Assembly: GCA_036172245.1 (NCBI GenBank)
Contig: JAYWIR010000016.1
Location: forward strand, 1 to 64,000
Source of the DNA: Raillietiella orientalis
Lineage: Eukaryota
DNA length: 64,000 nucleotides
Reading direction: 5' to 3'
In this document: positions 38,001 through 47,811 of the stretch, piece after piece
Layout: each line of letters opens with the position of its first letter
Numbering within the stretch: position 1 is the first letter of the stretch
Notes under the pieces: generated by a model
What the model was told of the DNA's origin: nothing
The model's database searches: none
Seen by the model: the letters and a program-made list of their open reading frames with translations, nothing else
Position numbers and translations under genes: made by a program

Positions 38001-41000
38001 CCGGGAGTCACCAAGGAGAGGACGGCGGCGGCGGAAGGACCCCACTCGGACGCAGATGGGGTGCTCCTCGCCGGAGAGAGGAACTGTCCCCTCTTTCTGT
38101 CCCCTCAATCCTCGGAACAGGGATGGGGAGTCACGCCTCAGTCGGCGGACGTGACTCCACGGGTCGGGAGAGGAACCACACCCAGGGACAAATTCCGCCG
38201 CGCCAGTGCCTCGCCCGGATGAGGTCAACGTGGTCGGCACAGAGACCAGTCTGTCCGGGGAAGAGAACGGGGCTATCGCGGTAGTGCTCGATGGTGGGCG
38301 AAAGGCGCCCTACGCGTTCTTCTCCCCCCCCCCTCCCCCCTTGTCTGCGCGTGCTCCCGAGTTGCTTCCACGGCTCTGGGTAGGTGCGGAGCCCAGAGCG
38401 GGAGGATTGCGAGAAGCAACGTTGTCGGTGCTCCTCCTTGGATCGCTCTCCGGTCGCAATCGAGGGGTCGTGGCATCAGATCCCCCCTCTTTCCGAGCAT
38501 CGGCCGCCTCGAAAGCCCTTCCCTCCCCCTCCGCACCTCGTGCGAGGTACCACCGTCGCCTCCGCGGCTTCCCCTCGGAGGGCACGTGACTCCAGCGCTA
38601 GGAGAACGGGTGCGCATCGGCGCGTCCTGTCCGGAAGGAGGTCAGGAGGGACTTCCTGCAGAGCGGGACGCAACCGCACTTCGTTCCCTACCAGAGCGGT
38701 CGGAAGTCGGTGAGACGCGGAGTCAATCCGGCCCCAGCCCCCTACGCGCAGCACTCAGGCGCCATCCGGTGCAGCAGATTCTTAGCGCCATTCGTACGGC
38801 AGTCCACTGGGCTCCCCGTTCCCCCCTTCCCCCGGGGACGAGAGACGAGAGACCGTCCATTGGGCTCGCTCTCTACGAGTCCGTAGAGTGGCGCGCGAAG
38901 CTCCCTTTGGCGGGCCTTCGGGGGGTTGGGGACTTTGCCATGCCATGCGTGTGCTCTCTCCTCCGCTGCGCCGACCACCTCTGCCCGGCCCCACGGAGAT
39001 CGCAGCTTCGAGTCAAGGGGCAGAAAAGAGCCCTCTCCCGCATGCCTTCTCCCCGCCATTTCCCGTCCGAGCTCTCATGAGTTCCCGCAATTGGAGCTGG
39101 GTGCCGCCCCGGAGGACCGACGAGCCCTCGGGCGCAGGGAGGAGACGCTTCGGCCCTCGGGTGCAGCCCTCGCACGCCGGACCTCCGACGCGCCCGAGGG
39201 GAGGGAAAGGGGAGAGGAGGGGCGGCACCCGCGGACCGGGCATGAGGGCCCAAGGAGAACTGTCCCAGGGCAGCCGCAGGCCCTGCAATTCACGTGGCCG
39301 ACCCCCCTCGGCGCCCTTCCGCAGCCGTGCCGACGGCCTCGCTCGCCTTCGTTGATCCCCTGCGAAGGGCGTGCGCGGCGGCTAGCGCGCGCCTCAGGCG
39401 CCGGAGCACGTGACCTTGGAGGGCTCTTCCGGTGGGAGGGATCCCTCGGGCCTTCCCTCTTGCGCCGAGTCCGCGGATGGGTGGAGAGGAGACCCCTCCA
39501 CGACGAACCCACGTGGGTAGTCACCCGGCTCGACCTCTCCCAGCACGGCGTTCCCTACCGCAGTCCCCCCGCCCCCCTTCGTTCGTCGGTTTGCTCGGAA
39601 GGAACGCCCCTTTCCCTTCTCCGTTTCTTCGGAGGGAGGAGGCGCTCCTGAGACCTCCCGAAACCGGGATGAGAGGCGCTGCTACTGCTGGAGCCATCCC
39701 TTTGCACCCCATCGGTGGCCACTACGAGATTTCCCCCCTTCCCTCTCCTTCCGGGGGAGGAGTACCTGGCCCTCATTCTCCCTCGGAAACGAGGAGAGAG
39801 GTTGGACCCAGGGAGGCACCGTGGAGACGAAGGGCCACCGGGCGCCCTCCTACAAGCCTCGGACTTGGAGCGGACAGTTCGCCCGCCCCTATTCCCCTTC
39901 CCTCCCTCCCTCGAGTTCCCTTCTTCGCTTCCCCTTTTTACCGGAGAGCGCGCATTCCCAATCTCGCGACGGCGGCCTGACCCCTCCCAAATGGGGAAGG
40001 CGCGGCCGCCGGCCGCAGGGTTGAACGCTCCCTAGTGAGGGAAGGGGACGAAGGGAATGGGGGGAGGAGGAACCACACGTCCTCTTTCGCGACCTCCGCT
40101 CTTCCCCCGCAACACTCCTTTCGTCCCCCCACGACACGCCAGAGGGGGTGGGGAATTTCCCCCGCTCCCACGTCGGGCGCAACAGCGCCTCCCTCCTAGC
40201 TCGCACATGCGTTCGCGACCGCCCCCCTGCCGGGGGATGGGAAAAAGAGAGCTCTCGGGGAATCCCTACAATTCCTCTCCCTCCCCCCTCCCTTTTGCCA
40301 CCATTGCCGCCGCGGTTCGCAGTGAAGCAGCTTTCGGAAAACCTCCTCTTCCTTGGCGCGACGGCGCCCGGGTCCTCCGCCGATGGCAGAGGATCCCGGC
40401 GGCAGCCCTCCCAACTACTCGGCTCCCCCGGCGCTCGCTCGCACTGCGGCTGCGAGTTCGCGCCGCGCTCGGGCCGCGCCCTTCCCCCGTCGCCATGGAA
40501 ACCCCCCCGGTTTTTTTTCCTCCCGCCGCTTTCCGAGCGGCGTCTCCTCGCTCCCCATCTGGGCGGGCGGGGGAGCGTGCGCGCGCGCGCCCGGGAGAGA
40601 GCGCCCGGGCGCACTCCGATCGCTCTCGGGTTCGACTGCAGATGCGGGTGCTATGATTTGATTGCGCATCCACGACTTCCGCCGTGGACCAACCAGGCCG
40701 TTCGCCCGCCTGCTCGCGGTCCGGACCGACCGCGTGCGATGGCGAAGATACGAAAAAAAGAATAATAATAAAAAAAAAACCCACGGGAGGGGAAAGGAGG
40801 GAACGCAGCTGGGAGGAGGGAGGAGGCGGAGGGGAGCAGCCGGTTCGCAGCTTCCCGTGGTGCCGCGCGCGCGGAGATCACGTGCGACTTCCCTCTCCCG
40901 TGATCCGCCCGCGCGCGGATCACCGTTTCGTGGAAATCGACCTTGGGGTCGCATGTTCTGCTGCCACTGCAGCTCTTCCTCCTCCTCCTCCTCCACCGCG

Positions 41001-43045
41001 CCCACCGGTTCGGCGAAGACACCGCAGCAAAGGCAGCAACAGCAGCAGCAGGCGCGCGGGCGGGCGGGATCCTTGCGTTTGGGCGCAACGAGGGAACGGA
41101 GCGAGCGCGGAAGGAGGGCGTAATCCGTCGCTGATTGGGAGCCCCTCGCCCCGGTGGAGGGAGCGGGCTGCTTTCGAGAGGGGATGGGAGAAGGATGGGG
41201 TGAAGAGGCCACCCGTAGCGCGCGACCGAAAAGAACTCTCCATCCCCACCAGATCCATCCAGGAGTCGTTGTGTGCCCTTCTGCGCCCACAAGGTGAGCC
41301 TGTAGAGGTGAAGCCCTTCGGTCCTCCTTTTCGGGAGGAGGAGGAGCGGCTGCCGAGCGACGGCGCTCCAAGAACAGATGGAGGTGCGAAGGGGAGCGTG
41401 GAGGAAAGGGACCTTGAAAGGGCGTTGGATCCCAGGAGAGAGAGGGGGCACCCCGTCGCGGCTCGGGACGTCCCGAGAGAAGAGGAAGAGGGGCAGGGGA
41501 GACGAGGCACATCTCCCCGTCGACTTCACTCCAGGACGGCTTGGCGCGCGCGAGAGCCTCCGAGAGCCGGGTGCAGAGACCCGCGAGACGGCCGCTTCCC
41601 AGCGAGTAGGAAGTGCGGATTAATTCCTGTCTCGCGGGACCTCCCAGTCGCGGTCGTAACTCATCTTTTATTCTCCTCCGGGAATCTGGGAGAAGATTCC
41701 GCGCTGCTTCACTTTTACGACGCGCGGACCGTGGCGGCACTTGGCCGTCGCGCCTCCTTCCCGTCTGGAGGACTTCCGACGCCATCGCGGGGGGACACGC
41801 GCGGACGCTCCGGAAGAGCGAGAAAAGGGGGGTCTGTCCGCGGATTAGGGAGCGTCTGGAGACGAACCGTCGCGGACCACAGCTGCCGTGGAGACGGCAT
41901 CCGGCAGGCATCCGTCCCGGACTTCGGATTTGTCTCGGATCCCCTGAGCTCAATGCAGGGTTCCCGCAGTGGAAGGGGAGGAGGAGGCAGCTTCCGCTCC
42001 TCCTGCTTCCCCCCACTCCCACTTTCTCACCGATCTCCTCGCCGTCGCTGCGGAAAGCACCCGCAGCGCCGAAGAGCACCCTCATCCACCCACACTCCGG
42101 ACCACGAGGTGGTGCCCGTTCTTACAGTCCGTACCGGCGGATGGGAACGCGACGGGGTGGGACCGCTTCCGTGGGGCTGCCTCCTCTCACCTAAGAGCTT
42201 TTGCTTTCTTTCCTTCCCCCCCCCCCCTCCTCTCCCTGCTGACCGACAGGGCATGCCGAATTTACCCGCTGCCGGCCTCGTGCTCCTGCGCCGCTACTCC
42301 GGTGACGACTTGAGATTGATACAAAGTATTTCATCCGGTCGTGACGACATTAAATGGGAGAAGGAAAGAGGAGGAGGGGGGGGGGGGAAGAGGAATCCAT
42401 AAACGCGCGCGCTTGGTAAACGAAACATCCGGCCGTCTCTTTCTCTCTCCCCGCATTTTCGTGTTCGCCACTCAAATTGATTTTAGCTGAGTGCGAGGGA
42501 TGCACGTCGCGAAGCGTCGCGCCCTCCTCCTCCTCCTCCTCTCTTTCCCGATGCATGTCATCGGCGAAGGTGATGTGGCAGATGCATCGAGGACGACCCA
42601 TTGAAAGCTTCGTACATCAGGTCCTTTCCCTTGCGATCGAGTTGGAGCGGAGACTCCAGTCAGCAGTGGGGGCGTAAGCACGAGGCGTGCCTCCCCCCCC
42701 CCCCTTTCTCCCCTTCGTCTCCTTTCTCCCGGTTTGCACTTCCCGTCGAAAGAGCCTGCTGCTCGCTGGGATAGCAGACTCCTTCACGGATTATGCCACT
42801 GCTTCTCGGGGAGACTCGCAAGAGACCCGAAAGAGGGCGGAGACGGGAGGAGGGTGGGAAGTACGGAGAGGAAAAGTTTGCGTCTCAGCTCCTCTCATCC
42901 TTGTCCAAAGTCGAGACGATGAGAGGGCGGTCCAGCTCCTGATGCCCCGTTGCTGCCTCTCCCTGCTTTGACTTGGGAGAATGCGGCGCGGTTGTTGCGC
43001 CGCCGCATGCGCCCTTCACGCGAAACAATCGATTCAGCGCTGTTG

Positions 43046-43322
43046 TCCCTCTTCATTGTTGCTGCGGCGGCACTGTTTCCCTCTTTCATGGTTGCGTAGG
43101 CAGTACTCTCCCTCTTCATTGTTGCTGCGGCGGCACTGTTTCCCTCTTTCATGGTTGCGTAGGCAGTACTCTCCCTCTTCATTGTTGCTGCGGCGGCACT
43201 GTTTCCCTCTTTCATGGTTGCGTAGGCAGTACTCTCCCTCTTCATTGTTGCTGCGGCGGCACTGTTTCCCTCTTTCATGGTTGCGTAGGCAGTACTCTCC
43301 CTCTTCATTGTTGCTGCGGCGG
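43046..43322. repeat. Perfect 63-bp minisatellite, ~4.4 copies, built from two related 32/31-bp subunits
   Basis: Unit starts at 43046, 43109, 43172, 43235 and 43298. Subunits are tccctcttcattgttgctgcggcggcactgtt and tccctctttcatggttgcgtaggcagtactc. Confidence 0.97.
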
Positions 43323-43738
43323 TTGCTTTGTCAGAGTGGGAGCAGCGCGAATCTTCCACCGTCGAAACGAGTTGAAGCACGAAAACGGGAGTTTCCTGGG
43401 GATCAACTCGGGAAGGAGGAAGCCGCCGTGATTTTCAGATGGGTGGGCGACTGGAGAAGCGGAGTGAGAAGAGGGCGCACGCGGAGCAGGTCGGCAGGCT
43501 CTTGGGAGAGGAGACTTTTCAATCCTCCGGCATTAAGAGCTACAGAACCCAAATAGGAGCAGGGGCGTCCCGCTGGTCGCCAAAGTCTTCCGAGGAAAAG
43601 CAACCGTCTCGAGGCCGGCTGCCAGCAGCTGCAGCCGCGCGCCCGAAGGAACGAGTCGCGGTCAACCACCGATCCGAGTAGGCAGGCATGGGAAACCGAA
43701 TGCGGTCCTCAGGTTCGAGGCGAGGTTTCGCATTCTAA

Positions 43739-43744
43739 AAATAA
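43739..43744 (+). terminator. Candidate plus-strand AATAAA poly(A) signal
   Basis: AATAAA in a short AT-rich patch within GC-rich DNA, convergent with the ECHDC3 3' end. Confidence 0.3.
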
Positions 43745-46700
43745 AAACGGAAGGATTGCATCATCTCTCCCCCTCCGTCCTCCCGCACCCTTCCCGATTC
43801 CCTTGATTGATGGGGCGCACGCCTCTCGAGCTTCCTGGTGAAGTCACCTTGTTTCCCGGAGGCGCTGCTGGCGGTTCCGCCGCAACGGCGACGGGGGTGA
43901 CGAGACCGTGCTCGACACGCCGGTCACATCGCGGCGGAAAGCATGAATGACGCGCGACGCCTGTCGCCACCGGCGAGCGGGACCAACGACGCCAACCGGC
44001 TGCTGCAGAATCGTCAAGGCGGAAATCACACGCGCGCAACCGCCAGCGGACGTCGATGCGGCTCGAGTCAAGACGACGACGCACGCGTATGGAGCCCGAA
44101 GGGCATCCGTGAGTTCGCGGTGGCGCCCCGCCCCTCCTGCCGCCATCTCGCGAACCGTTCGACAGAGTCCCCCCCCCCTCTCCTTCCAAGGTCGGGAGAC
44201 ACCGAGTGGCGCCCGAGTTCGGGACGCCGTCGGCCGTCCTGGCCTGCCTTGGAACAATCCGCGGCTCTCACGAATGGGCGCCGCCCCACGGAAGGCCTCG
44301 CCGCCGCTGCACCGGCTGCGGCTGTCCGCCTTTCTTGCTGTTCTGCCCGCCTAGCCGAGTGGACGGAAGAGGCGGGGGATCTCCTCCTCCGCAAGGGCGT
44401 CCTGCTCCTCTCCTCCCTACGAAGGCAGGCGGAGGAACAGCAAGGTGAGCCCGAGGTGAGCGAACACCAATCCAGACGGTGCTGTCGATCCGCGAATCCA
44501 GGAGAAAAGGGAGGAGGCGACCGAGGGAGGGTCCAAGGCTAGCATGTCCTTCTCCTACCCCCTCCCTCCCTTCATGCAGTTCCGGCTTCCTAGAGCACTC
44601 GGCCTCCCGTAGGGCCGCTCTTGCATGCAGCAAAGACTTTCTTTGCTTCCCCCTTGCCATCCACCCCCCCGGAGACCTCGCTTGCTAAGGGGATTTCATG
44701 GAAGGTCGTGTACCGGCCATCTGCCCTTGGCTGGGTCGCGATAACTTTCCTCCCCTTCTCCTCCGGCGAGCGTCTCCGGGAAGGTTCCCTGGCCCTCTCC
44801 AGGGAGAGCGCACGACATCGGGAAGGAAGGAAGGAAGGAAAGAGGCGTAGCGTTGGGAAACCCGAGATGGGAGCTGCACGGCGCCGGCGACAAGAAAGCG
44901 CGGGATGAGAGGTGTGGGGGGGGGGGGAATTCTAGCTCTCCCTGCGCGAAGGGCGGAGGTGCCGAAGAGCATCGTCCGCCGACGAAGGTGGGGGAAGGGA
45001 AGCGGAGGGAAATGCCCGCGAGACGGGGAGGAGAGGGTAAGCAAGGGAGGACTGCTCCGGAGCGTGGGGTCATTGGTTCCTTCCTCCGAATTCCCGTCTG
45101 CCCCTCCTGCGCCCCACCCTATCGATTCCCTTCCCTTCCCGTTGTTTCCGCGGCGCGATGTTTCCCCTTCGGCCGACTGTGTGCCGCTCTCTGAGGCGCC
45201 CGGATAAGCAGACGCTCGCGCCGCATAGCGAGCGGACGCCAAACCAACCGGAGGCTCCTCGCGGCACTCGCAGGGAGCCTCCACTGGTGCCTTCCTCACC
45301 CCCCTCTCGACCAATTCCTGGACCGCGAGCGCGAGCGTTCCCGCCTCATCCGAGTGGTTGCAGTGTTTCCCCTCCGGTCTCATCGCATTGAGAGGAGGGC
45401 CCGAAATAGGGAAGGTAGTGTGCGGGCAATGGAGAGAAGGAAGGAGGGCCTCGTTACCCAGGCGCGTCTTCAGAGACGTCTTCCTCTCTCCTTCCTCGCA
45501 GACCTCAATGCGCTTCCCTAACTCCCTCACAAGGGGAGGAACGACTCCGTTTCCCGTCTCCCAGGGCAACGCGTCCCAAAGAGCGCCTACCCACCTCCCC
45601 TCTGCTTTCTCCATGAGCATCAGAAGAAACCCCATCCCACCTCGAGATGCTGCCGACCACCCTTGGCGGTGGCGGTTGCGACGCGCCCATCGCAGCGATC
45701 CGCCAGCCTCGTACGCCCCTTCCGCCTTTCCCCTCACATGGTGCCGCCCCCTCCAACCTCTACCCCTGTCTTGGGTCAGTGCGCTCCCCTCCGTCCCTGA
45801 TCTCCCCTCGCTCAGACCCCACGGAACTTCCTCCTCCTTCCCTTCCTCAATGACGCGTTTTCCCGGGAGGAGCCGGGAAAAGCCGCGTTCCGGTTAACCA
45901 GGAGACGACCCCCCCCGGGAGTGCAGTCTCGCTCGCGTCCGGAACGATTCCTGAGAGCATCGGGGGAAGAAGGAGAGGGAGGGATGCGCTCCCGAGTCCG
46001 GCCCAGCAGGCAGACCTCAGGAAGCCCTCCAGAAACTCCCGTTCTGCCCCTCCCAGCAGTCCCGGCAGGAGTCGCTGCTCGCCTCCCCACCCTGGAGTGG
46101 TGCGGTCCCGTTCCCCTCCCTCTCCCGTCTTCCTCCGATCCGAGCGTCCAGCGCCCTGCCGACCTCCCTCGAAGGCCTCGAGGCCCTTGGAGGGTGGATC
46201 GAGAGAGGAATGAAACGCGTGGCCACCCTTGGTCTTGCGCTGCGGTCCGTGAAGGACACCGGCCCCTCTGCGCTCTCTGTCGGCCCCATCGTCACCGCTG
46301 ACTCACCCTCGTCGCCATCGCTGACTTTTCGCCCGGATCGCTGCGACCTTCGTTTCGGGGGGGGGGGGGGGAAACCGGGCATCCACGCACCCGGCGCGGG
46401 CATAGGGGACGAAGGAGACCGCCCGAGAGGGTGGCCAAAGCGTGGCGCCAAACGGGTCCTGCAGCTCATCCGGAGGGTTGCAGGAGGACAAGGGAGGAAC
46501 GCGGCTCATGTGAGCCCCCAGAAGGGCTATCCTCCACTCTCACATGAAGGGACATGAGCGCACCTCCCCGCTCCTCCTGGGGGAGGTCCGCCTCCATCCG
46601 GGGAGCGGGTCGGCCCTCGCCCCCGGTCTTCCCTGACCTTTCCCTGAACGCGAAAGAGGACGCGGACGGTGCTGTCAGGCAAGGTCGCTCTTCCTCCGGG

Positions 46701-47580
46701 AGGATCTTCGCTTCGCTTGGTCCCCAGCCACACCCTCGCAGTCTCCCTCCACGTGCCTGGGACTTGGCTTTCTCCCGGCACCGCGGAACGGGCGGCTCCG
46801 CCGGCGCTACTTGCCATCGGGGTGGTACGACCTCTCCCTTAGAGCGTCCCGATCTATCCCGGCAGCCGCGTCCGGAAGAGAAGTGGAGAGTCCCCGCTCG
46901 GACGGAGGCCCTCTGCTCCTTTCCCGAACAGCAAAGGGCAGGCTGGGGACGACTCTGGGAAGGAACGCCGGAGGAGCATTAGGAGCATTAGGAGGCAGCC
47001 CTTTAAGGAAGAAGGGGTGCCGGCCTTTTCCGGGAAGGGATCACCGTCCCTCCTTTTGACGACCGCCTCCCGAGTCCCGGACGGGCGGGGTACACGGAAG
47101 GTAGGGCGTAGTCTCCGTTGGTGCAGGCGCGGAAGCAGCCGCCCGCCCGTTCTCAGGCGCAGACGGCCGTTCCTTTGGAAAGAAGGGGGCGAGGAAGAGA
47201 AAGTCCTAGGGAAGAGCAGAGGTTCCCACCTCCTCCCGCAACTTCCTGTAGGTAAATTTTCCCTCCCGTCTTCCTCTCCGCGGAGGGTCGTCCTCGCGGT
47301 CCCCTAAATCGAAGTCCCGGGGGAGACGGGGCGAGCCCACCCGTCGGTCTCCCTGGAGACGTCTCCTCTCCTGCTCTCCCTGAAGATGACGGCTGGCCGT
47401 TTGGCGGCCGTGCCCCACTTCGGAGAAGGGGCGAGACCGCTCCCATGGAAACCCTTTCTTTCACCCCGTGCCCGGAAGCCGGCCGCCTGAAGAAGGGAAG
47501 GCGGCGGCGAAGACCTGGAGAAGGTCTCCGCGGCGGATCCACAGGCATCCCCGGAGGCAGGTAGGAGAAGGCGGGAGTCT

Positions 47581-47586
47581 TTTATT
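47581..47586 (-). terminator. AATAAA polyadenylation signal of the ECHDC3-like gene
   Basis: tttatt on the + strand, about 140 nt downstream of the stop codon. Confidence 0.7.
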
Positions 47587-47726
47587 TCTTTTCCTTTCAG
47601 GGAACAAACAAGCAGAAGAGATCCCCCCCTATTCGCCCCTCTCTCCGCAAACGAGGGTCGTAGGGCGATGTTCCGGAAGGCGAAGGTGCAAGGCTGCAGT
47701 TCCGGGAACCTCCTCCGGAGGGAAGA

Positions 47727-47811
47727 TCATCTCTTCTTGTCGAAGAAACCTCGGATGCCCTGGTGGGCGTCTTCCAGGAGAAGGTTGCTCACCATCGTCT
47801 CGGCTCCCATC
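47727..47811 (-). CDS. ECHDC3: ECHDC3-like terminal coding exon (MGAETMVSNLLLEDAHQGIRGFFDKKR*)
   Basis: Acceptor tattccag|G. Matches the crotonase C-terminal 'MVxNLxLxDxxEGIxAFxxKR' helix and ends in TGA. Confidence 0.9.

Noticed and set aside
43046..43322. Regular repeat that might suggest a CRISPR array
   Set aside because: The units are contiguous and identical with no unique spacers, the context is eukaryotic, and there are no cas genes.
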